A DNA stretch of 64,000 bases from positions 372,001 to 436,000 of the forward strand of contig NC_052164.1 in NCBI RefSeq assembly GCF_902713615.1, read 5' to 3'. The notes under the pieces were generated by a model. That model was not told where the DNA came from. It was given only the letters and a program-made list of their open reading frames with translations, and ran no database searches. The stretch is from Scyliorhinus canicula. Its lineage: Eukaryota. Both the position numbers and the translations under genes were made by a program. Within the stretch, counting starts at the first letter, position 1, and each line of letters starts with the position of its first letter. This document shows positions 50,313 through 62,900 of this stretch, in pieces.

Positions 50313-53145
50313 GGCCTCAAAGGTAGTAATCTCAGGATTGCTACCAGTGCCACGGGACAGTCAGGGTAGAAACTCAAGAATAGTCAGAATGAATACGTGG
50401 CTTGAGAGATGGTGCAGGAGGGAGGGATTCAGATTTTTGGGACATTGGAACCGGTTCTGGGGGCGGTGGGACCATTACAAACCGGATGGTCTACACCTGG
50501 GCAGGACTGGAACCAATGTCCTAGGGGGTGCTTTTGCTAACACTGTTGGGGAGGTTTTAAACTAATGTGGCAGGGGGATGGAACCAGATTAGGAAGTTAG
50601 AGGTCAGTAACGAAGCAGCAATTAACGCCAGTAAGGTACGAGATAATAAACTCAATGTGACTAAAGGGAAGAGTAGACAGGGAAGAGATGATGAACGCAA
50701 AGGGACAGGTGGTGTGTCGTGCATTTGTTTTAATGCGAGAAGTGTAGCAGGTAAGGCAGATGAACTTAGGGCTTGGATCAGTACCTGGGAATATGATGTT
50801 ATTGGTATTACTGAGACTTGGTTGAGGGAAGGGCAGGACTGGCAACTGAATATCCCAGGGTGTAGATGCTTCAGGAGGGATAGAGGGGGAGGTAAAAGGG
50901 GTGGAGGTGTTGCATTACTCGTCAGAGATGATATCACAGCTGTGATTAAGGAGGGCACGATGGAGGATTCGAGCACAGAGGCAATATGGGTGGAGCTAAG
51001 AAATAGGAAGGGTGCAGTAACATTGTTGGGACTTTACTGCAGGCCTCCCAAAAGTGAGCATGAAGTAGAGGTACAAATATGCAGACAGGTTATAGAAAAA
51101 TATCAGAGCAATAGGGTGGTTGTGATGGGAGATTTTAACTTCCCCAACATTGAATGGGATTCGTGTAGTGTTGGAGGCGTAGATGGAGCAGAGTTTGTAA
51201 GGAGCATCCAGGAGAGTATTTTAGAGCAGTATGTAAATAGTCCAACTCGGGACGGGGCCATACTGGACCTGGTATTGGGGAATGATCCTGGCCAGGTGGT
51301 TGATGTTTCAGTCGGGATTACTTTGGGAATAGCGATCACAATTCCGTAAGTTTTAGAATACTCATGGACAAGGACAAGAGTGGTCCGAAAGGAAGAGTGC
51401 TAAATTGGGGAAAGACAGAGTATAACAAAATTTGGCAGGAGCCAGGGAATGTGGATTGGGAGCAGCTGTTTAAGGGTAAATCCACATTTGAAATGTGGGA
51501 GTCTTTTAAGGAAAGGTTGATTAGAGTGCAGGAAGACATGTCCCTGTGAAAATGAGAGATAGAAATGGCAAGATTAGGGAACCATGGATGATGGGTGAAA
51601 TTGTGAGACTAGCTAAGATGAAAAAGGAAGCATTCATAAGATCGAGGCAACTCCAAACTGATGAAGCTTTGGAGGAATATCGGGAAAGTAGGACGAATCT
51701 CAAACGCGCAATAAAGAGGGCTAAAAGGGGTCATGAAATATCTTTGGCTAACAGGGTTAAGGAAAATCCCAAAGCCTTTTATTCGTATGTAAGGAGCAAG
51801 AGGGTAACTAGAGAAAGGATTGGCCCACTCAAAGGCAAAAGAGGGAATTTATGCGTGGACTCAGGAAATAGGTGACATTCTTAATGACTACTTTGTATCT
51901 GTATTCACCAAGGAGAGGGACAAGACGGATGTTGAGGCTAGGGATGGATGTTTAAATACTCTAGGTCAAGTTGTCATACGGAAGGGGGAAATTTTGGATA
52001 TTCTACAAGACATTCAGGTGGACAAGTCCCCAGGACCGGATCGGATCTATCCCAGGTTGCTGAGGGAAGCGAGGGTCGAAATAGCTGGGGCTTTAACAGA
52101 TATCTTTACAGCATCCTTGTGCATGGGTGAGGTCCCGGAGGACTGGAGAATTGCTAATGTAGTCCCTTTGTTTAAAAGGGTAGCAGGGAAAATCCAGGGA
52201 ATTATAGACCTGTGAGCTTGACGTCAGTGGTAGGCAAACTGTTGGAGTAGATACTGAGGGATAGGCTCTATTCGCATATGGAAGAAAATAGACTTATCAG
52301 TGATAGGCAGCATGGTTTTGTGCAGGGAAGGTCATGCCTTACAAACCTAATAGAATTCTTTGAGGAAGTGACAAAGTTAATTGATGAGGGAAGGGCTGTA
52401 GATGTCGTATACATGGACTTTAGTAAGGCGTTTGATAAGATTTCCCATGGCAGGTTGATGGAAAAAGTGAAGTTGTACGGGGTTCAGGGTGTACTAGCTA
52501 GATGGATAAAGAACTGGCTGGGTAACAGGAGACAGAGAGTAGTGGTGGAAGGGAGTGTCTCAAAATGGAGAAGGGTGACTAGTGGTGTTCCACAGGGATC
52601 CGTGCTCGGACCACTGCTGTTTGTGATCTACATAAATGACCTGGAGGAAGGTAAAGGTGGCCTGATTAGCAAGTTTGCAAGATGATACGAAGATTGGTGG
52701 AGTTGCAGATAGCGAGGAGGACTGTCAGAGAATACAACAAAATATAGATAGTTTGGAGAGTTGGGCAAAGAAATAGCAGATGGAGTTCAATCCAGGCAAA
52801 TGCGAGGTGATGCATTTTGGAAGATCAAATTCAAGAGCGGACTATATGGTCAATGGAAGGGTCCTGGGGAAAATTGATGTACAGAGAGATCTGGGAGTTC
52901 AGGTCCATTGTACCCTGAAGGTGGCAACGCAGGTTGATAGAGTGGTCAAGAAGGCATACAGCATGCTTGCCTTCATCGGACGGAGTATTGAGTACAAGAG
53001 TCGGCAGGGTCATGTTCCAGTTGTACAGGACTTTGGTTAGGCCACATTTGGAATACTGCGTGCAGTTCTGGTCGCCACATCACCAGAAGGATGTGGATGC
53101 TTTGGAGAGGGTGCAGAGGAGGTTCACCAGGATGTTGCCTGGTAT
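50313..53145 (+). mobile_element. CR1 LINE: ORF1 esterase end and ORF2, cut off at the assembly gap
   Basis: WCRREGFRFLGHW...DGLHL (ORF1); [29 protein letters not shown] and [10 protein letters not shown] (ORF2). Confidence 0.95.
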
Positions 53146-53232
<87 letters not shown>

Positions 53233-53233
53233 G

Positions 53234-53733
53234 NNNNNNNNNNNNNNNNNNNNNNNNNNNNNNNNNNNNNNNNNNNNNNNNNNNNNNNNNNNNNNNNNNN
53301 NNNNNNNNNNNNNNNNNNNNNNNNNNNNNNNNNNNNNNNNNNNNNNNNNNNNNNNNNNNNNNNNNNNNNNNNNNNNNNNNNNNNNNNNNNNNNNNNNNNN
53401 NNNNNNNNNNNNNNNNNNNNNNNNNNNNNNNNNNNNNNNNNNNNNNNNNNNNNNNNNNNNNNNNNNNNNNNNNNNNNNNNNNNNNNNNNNNNNNNNNNNN
53501 NNNNNNNNNNNNNNNNNNNNNNNNNNNNNNNNNNNNNNNNNNNNNNNNNNNNNNNNNNNNNNNNNNNNNNNNNNNNNNNNNNNNNNNNNNNNNNNNNNNN
53601 NNNNNNNNNNNNNNNNNNNNNNNNNNNNNNNNNNNNNNNNNNNNNNNNNNNNNNNNNNNNNNNNNNNNNNNNNNNNNNNNNNNNNNNNNNNNNNNNNNNN
53701 NNNNNNNNNNNNNNNNNNNNNNNNNNNNNNNNN
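53234..53733. other. Assembly gap (500 N)
   Basis: N run flanked by poly-G and a C-rich repeat. Confidence 0.99.
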
Positions 53734-53734
53734 A

Positions 53735-54250
53735 CCCCCCCATCTCCGCCCCCACCCCCCCATCTCCGCCCCCACCCCCCCATCTCCGCCCCCACCCCCC
53801 CCATCTCCGCCCCCACCCCCCCTATCTCCGCCCCCACCCCCCCTATCTCCGCCCCCACCCCCCCTATCTCCGCCCCCACCCCCCCTATCTCCGCCCCCAC
53901 CCCCCCTATCTCCGCCCCCACCCCCCCTATCTCCGCCCCCACCCCCCCTATCTCCGCCCCCACCCCCCCCTATCTCCGCCCCCACCCCCCCTCTCCGCCC
54001 CCACCCCCCCTATCTCCGCCCCCACCCCCCTATCTCCGCCCCACCCCCCCATCTCCGCCCCCACCCCCCCATCTCCGCCCCACCCCCCCCATCTCCGCTC
54101 CTACCCCCCCCATCTCCGCTCCTACCCCCCTATCCCCGCCCCTACCCCCTATCTCCACCCCTACCCCCCTATCTCCGCCCCTCCCCCTCCCCCCCTCTCT
54201 TTCCACCCCCCCCCCTCTATCCCCGCCCCTATCCCTATCGCCCCATCCCC
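53735..54250. repeat. C-rich minisatellite of about 20 bp
   Basis: (C/T)ATCTCCGCCCCCACCCCCC units. Confidence 0.93.
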
Positions 54251-54989
54251 GGCAGGGTGTCCAGGAGCAGCCCCCCGGCACTGAGATCGGTGATGCAGCC
54301 GGTCTGTATTTTAAAACTGGATTTAGGCCAGAGTTCTGATGTGGTAATCTATTTCAAACGTTAATTCTTCCCCTTTTCACCAATGTTATCAGACCTACTG
54401 AGGTTTTATTCCAGCACTTTGTCTTATTTACGATAGAAGCATGATTCACAGGGTTAAAGCAAACAGGAGATAGTAGTGACCAAAATGTTGGTCAAAGTTA
54501 TTGAGTTTAGATAAGAATCTGAAATGAAGCGAAGGAGGTGGAGGGGCACAAGGATTAGCCGGTTTAAGGCACCTCCGTACCAGAATCTGGGATGGAGAAG
54601 AGTCTAGAGGTGATAAATACCTTTTCAGAGCAGTTTTCCTTTTGTGGTCCTTATGCTTACAATTTGACTCTGGGTCAAGCACCTTATTGCATGAGTAGAT
54701 AAGTCACCTGGTCTGGTGACATGTATCGCAGGCTGTTAAATAGAAGTGGAGGTGCAGATAGCGGAAAGCCTTGCTTTATAATTTTCCAATCTGTCTTAGT
54801 TGCAGGAGAGATGCTTTTTGGATCGGAGAATGGCAAATGTTAACACGCTAATTCAAGAAAGGGTCCAAGGACAATATCAGCAACTCCAAAGCTGGTCCGT
54901 TTAAAATCAGTCGTCTGAAAGACACTGAACAATATTAAAGGAAACAATCAACAGGCAGTCTCTTCGAGAGGTTTCTGTTCATTAAGGAG

Positions 54990-56142
54990 CACAGTAAGAA
55001 GTCTTACAACACCAGGTTAAAGTCCACCAGGTTTTTTTCAAATCACTAGCTTTCGGGGCACTGCTCCTTCCTCGGGTGAATGAAGAGGTGAGTTCCAGAA
55101 ACATATATATATATATATATAGACAAAGTCAAAGATGCCAGACGATACTTTGAATGCAAGCATTTGCAGGTAATTAAGTCTTTACAGATCCAGAGAGAGG
55201 GATAATCACAGGTTAAAGAGGTGTGAATTGTCTCAAGCCAGGACAAGCCCTCCATATACACAGGATCTGCTCAGACGAGGAGGAGTGTAACTGACATCTA
55301 CAGACGCTGAAAGATGCCCCCGTACGAATGGGATATGGCGCTCGACTCATCGATCAGCAGTTCCAACGTGCCACAGCAAACAAACGCACCTACCTCCTCA
55401 GAAGGCAAACTCTGGTCACAACCGACGTGAGTACCCTTCGTCATCCAGTACCTCCCTGGAGTGGAGAACTACGACATCTTCTTTACAGCCTTCCACACAT
55501 CATTGATGAAGATGAACATCTTGCCACGGTCATCCCCATACCCCCACGACTTGCCTTCAAACAACCGCGCAACCTCAAACAAACCATTGTTTGCAGCAAA
55601 CTACTCAGCCTTCAGAGCAGTGACCAGGACACCACACAACCCTGCCATGGCAATCTCTGCAAGATGTGCCAGATGATTGACATGGGCACCATCATTTCAC
55701 GTGAGAACACCACCCACCAGGTACATGGTACATACTCGTACGACTCGGCCAATGTTGTATACCTAATACGCTACAGGAAAGGATGTCCCGAAGCGTGGTA
55801 CATTGGTGAGACCATGCAGGCACTGCGACAACGGATGAACGGACATTGCGTGACAATCGCCAGGCAGGAATGTTCCCTTCCAGTCGGGGAACAATTCACA
55901 CCTCTTTAACCTCCCTCTCTCTGGATCTGTAAAGACTTAATTACCTGCAAAGACTCGCATTCAAAAGTATCGTCCAGCATCTTTGACTTTGTCTGTATGT
56001 ATGTTTCTGGAACCTACCTTTTCATTCACCTGAGGAAGGAGCTGCGCTCCGAAAGCTAGTGATTCGAAACAAACCTGTTGGACTTTAACCTGGTGTTGTA
56101 AGACTGCTCACCCCAGTCCAAAGACGGCATCTCCACATCATC
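54990..56142 (+). mobile_element. 5'-truncated Penelope-like retroelement (GIY-YIG endonuclease) with inverted terminal repeat
   Basis: ORF 55328-55909 NVVYLIR...WYIGETMQALRQRMNGH; about 54990-55225 is an inverted copy of about 55890-56110; near-TSD TTCATT(A/C)AGGAG at 54978 and 56143. Confidence 0.92.
56026..56062 (+). ncRNA. Minimal type I hammerhead ribozyme motif, intact core (sense in presumed TUBG1 intron 1)
   Basis: TCAC-CTGAGGA-A-GGAGC-TGC-GCTCC-GAAA-GC-TA-GTGA; helices I and II pair fully. Confidence 0.75.
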
Positions 56143-56499
56143 TTCATTCAGGAGACCAGCATTAATTTGTTAAAAGACAGATCATGCTTCAGTAATCTGT
56201 GTGACGTTTGATGAAGTAACAGAAAAAGGGTGACTAATAGAAAGCAATGGATGTTGCATATTGAATTTTATGAAACATTTTAAGAAAGCCTTTGGTCATA
56301 CTTAAAGCGATTACCAAAATTGAGGCTGATTAAATGGGTGTCTTGGATACAAGCATTGGCTGAGGGGCAGAAAACAACAAGCCGTTGCTTTTCTGATTGG
56401 AGGGGGCGACAGTGATGTACTCGAGGGTCAGTGCTGGGACCAGTGATTTTTTAAAATATATTTATTCGAAAGTTCACAACATATAAGTCAACCATTGAA

Positions 56500-57950
56500 G
56501 CTTCGAAAAATCCATCCAAAAATGGAGATTGGCTTATATACAGTGTAAAATGTGAACTGCCAAGTGTTGGGGTAGGGTATGTAATATGTTATATGTAGAA
56601 AAGTTATCTGTCAAAATTCTTAACATTTAACACTGAAGCAACAAATTTGTCGAATTCATTGAGTCACTTTGGCCATGTCATCATCATAAGGAGCTCACTC
56701 TGAATCTGATGCGATGTTTTAGGTTTCAGAATCATCCCTGCACAACAAATAATCTTCGCAATCCATTGACTTGGATATTCTGAATTTTGTTGAAGGATCT
56801 AACAGTTTGTGCATTAATAGCATCCCACTGTATGATGATGAAGCCACACAAAGGTTCAAGCAGGGCAGCATACATATTTCAACTCGTTTTTTTTTCTCCT
56901 ATCAATCATTCACCTGTACCATTTTGCCTGAAGGTGATCCTTGAGTGCTTTGTTCAGGGATGCATCTAACGGTTGAGATATGAACATTAGACCCCCAGTA
57001 TAATGGGCAACGTGGGTGTTATTTTTTTTTTTTTTTGCTCATCTTGGTGTCATCGGATATAAATGAGTTGCATTATTTGTGAAGGCCACCGGGTCGTTTT
57101 ATTCCACAACTTCACTCCATCCTCCTCCATTTGCCATGTCATAGATATGCACAAAAGCCTCGCAGGAAACTTGATTTTCAGTATTGCTTTGCATATAAAA
57201 ATTTCCATTGGCCTTTATTTTGTTCCATCAGGTTCGTACCACAGTGAATCTTGCCTTCTAGTGTGCTGTTCTGGATGTGCCTTAAACTGGCTAATTCTCC
57301 TACCCCTCCAGCTCTTTGACTTCATTTCAGATTCTTATCTAAACCCAATAACTTTGACCAATATTTAACTGGAAACATTTTTGAGTATTTCCACCCCACA
57401 GTTCAATTCCTAGGTTTATAAATATTCATGTTGCCGATGTGACGCAATGGATACTCCTATTTCTGCTGCTGTCAATTTTGGCATTGAGATCTCGTGGTCT
57501 TTGAGCGATCTAGACACTCATTCCACAAAAAGGATGCACCAATTAGCTGTTATTCTGAAGTCTTTGTTAGATTAAGGGTTTGACTTGATCCACTTCAGTG
57601 TGCATTGCAATTCTGGTGACAATTTAGACATTCCGATTCGTGCTTTTCAAGCCCCTGTCCTCATGGCATCTTGGGCTTCAGGACGATTCTGCTTGCACCA
57701 GTATTTCACTACAACTAAATACACTCAGAGTGGCACAGTTATTGGAGTTGTTGCAATTTTTAGTTGAAACCAGCTATGTCCTTCCATTTTTTTGACAGGA
57801 GGACCCATTTCTGTTTGTTGATCACATGTACTAGGTTCTGTGTGGGCATGTGTTAAATTTGCACGCATCATGGCAATATTCCCATATTCCCTTCTAGATC
57901 CCATGTGCTGACTCCGAATGCGAGTAAAGGCCTAAACATACATTCTGGTG
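56500..57950 (-). mobile_element. Degraded pogo/Tigger-type DNA transposon
   Basis: Minus strand about 57070-57230 reads PDGTK*RPMEIF...IKFP...EDGVKLWNKRPGGL, resembling a pogo DDE_1 domain. Boundaries approximate. Confidence 0.65.
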
Positions 57951-58029
57951 CCTGAAAAATGAGATATTATATACTGAATCAATTTATATGCTGTGATCTA
58001 CAGTAAATACTTTGGACATTGGAATGCAA

Positions 58030-59710
58030 AGTAAAGTTTCAAAGTTTGCTGATATATCAAAATTGGAGATATGGCTGAAAGCGAGGTTGATACAAATACA
58101 TAGCGACAGGATATATATAGACTAACAGAATGGGCAGACGTGGCAGATGGAATTTAATGCACTTTGACAAATGGGATGTTCTAAGAGTCCTTGTTTACTT
58201 TGTTCCCATTTTCTTTTATTATTTTTGGTTTGTGGCCCCATATTTGGAATGTGCCTTTCAGCAGATGGCTCAAGCTGAAGAAGCCTGCTAGGTTTTGTAT
58301 TTTGCAGAGGAGAAAGCGACGTGTCATCAGCGAGTGAATCTTGGGAACCCAGCTTTGGAGGAAGTCGGTTTGATTGGTTGGCTAACAACCTGTAGGTTGG
58401 CCAGGGACAGTATTCTGCCAGACAACAGTCAGTGATTGGTTCCTGTGTGATGCTTTCTTAGAGAGCTGGGCAGAAGTGTTTAGACCTTGGAAGTGAAGGG
58501 GACAGTCTCTCTTGCTGCTGAAGTACAGAACTGCTTTATTGTTCTAAAACCAGTCAACGCCTGGCACATCTTTGCTGTAAACTTGAATCTACAAGGAAAA
58601 TAGACAACCTTGGCAGAGAGAAAACCATTGCAAACCTAGAAGGAAATAGCACTGAAACGGAAGCTTGAACTCCTGGGAAGACATTAACTGGAAGCCATCC
58701 CAGTGCATCAAAGATCCTTTATTCACTTTGTTAATATTTTCTTTACCTCTCAATCACCCTTTCACCTCTGTTGTTTGTCTGTGTTGGGGGTGTGTGTGTA
58801 TATATAAGAGAGAGGGGGTTGTTAGAAAGGGGGTGGAAAAGGGTATTAGATAGTTACATTTTTCTGTCAGTTTAACTATAATACTATACATAATAAAACA
58901 TTATTTGTGTTAAAGTTATAAACCTGGTGACTGCAGTTTATTTGGCTCCGTCAAGGACCCTGGGTCAAGTGGGGCTGTAATTGACTGCGTACACTCCCAG
59001 GGGGTCATGACAATATTGAGAGGCAATACAGATGAAATGGCACAGTCCTATAAAGTGTGCAAGGACAGTGGGACCAGTGTGAGTTCATGTCCATAGATCT
59101 TTGGAATGTGGTACATGTTTTGCTAATAAGAACTTGTGCTTCATGAATAGAGGCATTGAGTACAGAATTAGGGACGTTGTGCTAAAGCTGCACTTAACTC
59201 CAGTTTGGCCACAACAGTATTGCATCCAGTTCTGGTCACCACACTTTAGGATAGATATGAAGATCCCGGAGAAGATGCAGAGGAGATTTAACAGGACAGT
59301 TCCAGGAATGAGGGATTTTAACTGCAAGGTTAGGTTGAAGAGCTGGGTTTCAGCTTGGGGCAAAGGCGATTAAAGGGACATTGATGGATGTGTACATGAT
59401 TTTGACAGATGAAGGTAAAAAAACAAGAGAACTCCCCATTAGCTGATGGTAACAAGGATGAGGGAACACAGATTGAAGGCAAGAAAAGCAGGAGGGTCGA
59501 TGCGCGGAAGAATATTTTTATGCAGTGAGTGGTAATGACTTGGAATTTGCTGCCAGCAAGAGTGGTGGACGCAGAGACAAATGATTCAAAAGGATGGGCA
59601 CCTTAAAGAAATAAACTTTATAGGTCTGGAGGGATAGAGGGAGAAAATGAGATTGCCCAACAGAGAGCTGGCATATATTCAATGGGCTGAATGACCTATG
59701 TCGTAATGAC
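58030..59710 (+). mobile_element. Old CR1 fragment interrupted by a probable solo LTR (58177-59012)
   Basis: KFADISK...WQMEFN before the insert and YCIQFWSPHFR after it. The insert has TGT...ACA ends and AATAAA near its 3' end; no clear TSD. Confidence 0.55.
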
Positions 59711-59952
59711 ACTCCGATTCAGTTTGCGTCAACCTTCCCTGTGGGAACAATTTCCAGTTTCTTCTGAATTATTTCTCTCCTCCTCCCTCTCTACATTCTA
59801 ATCAAAATCTTTCATAATTAAGGATTTATAGTAAATCACTCTTCAGCCTTTTTTAAGAGAAAATAGTCCCTGCTTTGTACTGTCAAGCTTCTGAATCAGA
59901 AATGATTGAGCAGTACTCTATGCAATTCTGAATGTTTTAAAAATGTATTGAT

Positions 59953-60577
59953 AGGGTGGCACAGTGGGGTAACCCTGCTGCCTCACGGCGCTGAGGTCCC
60001 AGGTTCAGTCCAGGCTCTGGGTCACTGTCGTGTGGATTTCGCACATTCTCCCCGTGTTTGCGTGGGTTTCGCCCCCACAATCCAAAAATGTGTGGGTTAG
60101 GTGGATTGGCCACACTAAATTGCCCCTTAATTGGAAAAAATGAATTGGGTACTCTAAATAAATTTTATTTAAAAAAATAATTAAAATGTATTGATAGTCT
60201 TTAATATAGAATAAAGTCCCGTACTACTTCACAGATGTGTATCATATAATTTACAGTGCAGAAGGAGGCCATTCAGCCCATCAAGTCTCCGGCCCTTGGA
60301 AAGAGCACTCCACTTAAGGCCATGCCTCCACCCTATCCCTGTAACCCAGTAACCCCATCCAATCTTTTTAGACACTAGGGCAATTTATCATGTCCAATCC
60401 ACCTAACCTGCACGTATTTGGACTGTGGGAGGAAACCGGAGCACCCGGAGGAAACACACGCAGACACTGGGAGAAGGTGCAGACTCTGGAGAAGATGGTG
60501 ACCCAAGTCGGGAATCAAACCTGGGACCCTGGAGCTGAGAAGCAACCATGCTAACCACTATGCTACCGTGCTGCCCT
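59953..60577. mobile_element. Two tRNA-derived SINEs (plus 59953-60180; HE1-like minus 60250-60577)
   Basis: Match the families at 34154 and 24491. Confidence 0.8.
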
Positions 60578-61350
60578 TGTAAACAAAACTCTGGAGACCC
60601 ATCCAAAGTGAAAGTAAGAGGGGGGCAAAAGCAAAACCTTGGTGAAATAAATTAGATTTTGGCAAGATCTGAAGGAAGGTGGAGGGGCTTAGGGACTGAA
60701 ATCTACATTGTGGGGCTGAATGCGCAGCCACTGTTGATGGATACGGAAAGTGGGATGTATAGTGCTTGAGAGCTATCAGAATAGAGTCTAGCGAAGGGGC
60801 ACAGGGCTGGAGGAGTTACTGAGATTTAAAGTTGAGAATCAAATTTCCAAGTATTAATGCAATCTTGCTTCCTCGTCTACAAATTAATTTTGATAATAAA
60901 GGAATCGTTACCAAAATTTGTTACCTTCAAAATGTGACAGATCTCTTCTGGCACTAAATCGCAGAACTGTGGAAAGTTGTAGGTTTTTTTCACCCAACTG
61001 TTGTATTTTGTCTAACACTAAACTGTCTGATGAGAGCAGGGTTGTAATTGAATACAGTTTTGCAAGGGGAAAGATGGGGGTGCGATTTAGCCATTTCCGT
61101 CATCCTTGCTACTGCTGAGAATGCTCAACAAGTCTGGATAACAGTAATGTCTGCAAGACTAATGTGACACTTGGCATGGAAAGAAAATCAAACTTTCCCC
61201 ATCTCAAAAATTGGAAATTATTTTTGGTTTAAAAATTTCTTCCTGCAGCGTCAATTCTGTAAAATACAAAATAGTATAGGAACAGAATTGCAAGTTTATT
61301 TACTGTAACAAAAAATATAAATTTCATGTAAATATCAAGTTTAACTTTAG

Positions 61351-61545
<195 letters not shown>

Positions 61546-61989
61546 TGATACTGGACAGAAACCCCAATATTTTAATTTTGTAACACTGGGAGGAAAGAAT
61601 ATCTCGCTCCATTAGTGAATTCATAGAAAAATAAGGATATGGTTTATTAAAACATTTTATTTCTAACACAGTATTGAAATGTCTTAACATGACACCAGAA
61701 AATATCTTCTAAATACCCCTTAGACTATGTTAACCAATACATTGAATACAATAACCCTTACCTGCTATCTTATTCCCATTCAAACCACTAAAAATCTCAG
61801 CTCCCAATCCAATTAGCTCTCAGGAATACCTGTTTAGCAGAGATGTTTTGACATTCCTGCTTCTGCCCGCCTGCTCTCGCCTTGCCCGTCCCTCCTTACT
61901 CGCTGCACCACCCTCCCACCCGCTTACCCTACCTCCTGCCCGCTCACCCTCCCCCGCCCTCCCGCTTGCAATAAATGTAAAAACAAAAC

Positions 61990-62900
61990 AAGCCTGAAGG
62001 TTCTGTGTCTCAATGCTAGGAGCATTTGTAATACGGTTGATGAATTAACTGTGCTGACAATCATTAATGGCTATGATGCAATTGAGATCATGGAGACCTG
62101 GCTCCAGGGTGAACAAGGATGGGAACACAACATCCAGGGGTATTCAATATTCAGGAAAAATAGAAGGAAAGGAAAGGGAGGTGGGGTTATGTTGCTGGTT
62201 AAAGGGGAGATTAACGCAATAGTAAGGAAGGACATTAGCCTGGACAATGTGGAATCTGTATGGCTGGAGCTGAGGAACACCAAAGGACAAAAAACATTAG
62301 TGAGAGTTATGTACAGACCACCAAACAGTAGTTGTGAGGTTGGGGATAGCAGCAAACAGGAAATTAGAGATGCATGCAGTAAGGGTACAGCAGTTATTAT
62401 GGGTGACTTCAATCTGCATATTGATTGGGCTAATCACACTGGTAGCAATGTGATGGAGGAGGAACTCCTGGAATGTATAAGGGATGGTTTCTCAACCAAT
62501 ATGTCGAGAAACCAACGAGAGAAACGAGACCAATGAGAAACCAACTCTGAGAACAAGCACGAACAGACTCAAAAACAGCTTCTTCCCCACTGTCACCAGA
62601 CTCCTAAATGACCCTCTTATTGACTGACCTCATTAACACTACACCCTGTATGCTTCAACCGATGCCAATGCTTATGTAGTTACATTGTATATCTTGTGTT
62701 GCCCTATTATGTATTCTCATGTATTTTCTTGAATTTTGTTTAATTCCCTTTTCTTCCATGTACTGAATGATCTGTTGAGCTGCTTGCAGAAAAATACTTT
62801 TCACTGTACCTCGGTACGTGACAATAAACAAATCCAATCCAATAGAGAGCAGGCCATCCTAGACTGGGTATTGTGCAATGAGAGAGGATTCATTAGCAAT
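61990..62900 (+). mobile_element. CR1 endonuclease fragment with an inserted Rex1-type 3' tail (about 62545-62843)
   Basis: ETWL, GGGVMLLVK, YRPP and MGDFN motifs; insert ends GTGACAATAAACAAATCCAATCCAAT. Confidence 0.75.

Noticed and set aside
52934-54364. ORFs spanning poly-G and the N run
   Set aside because: Artefacts of the gap; the roughly 85-nt poly-G at the contig end is of doubtful accuracy.
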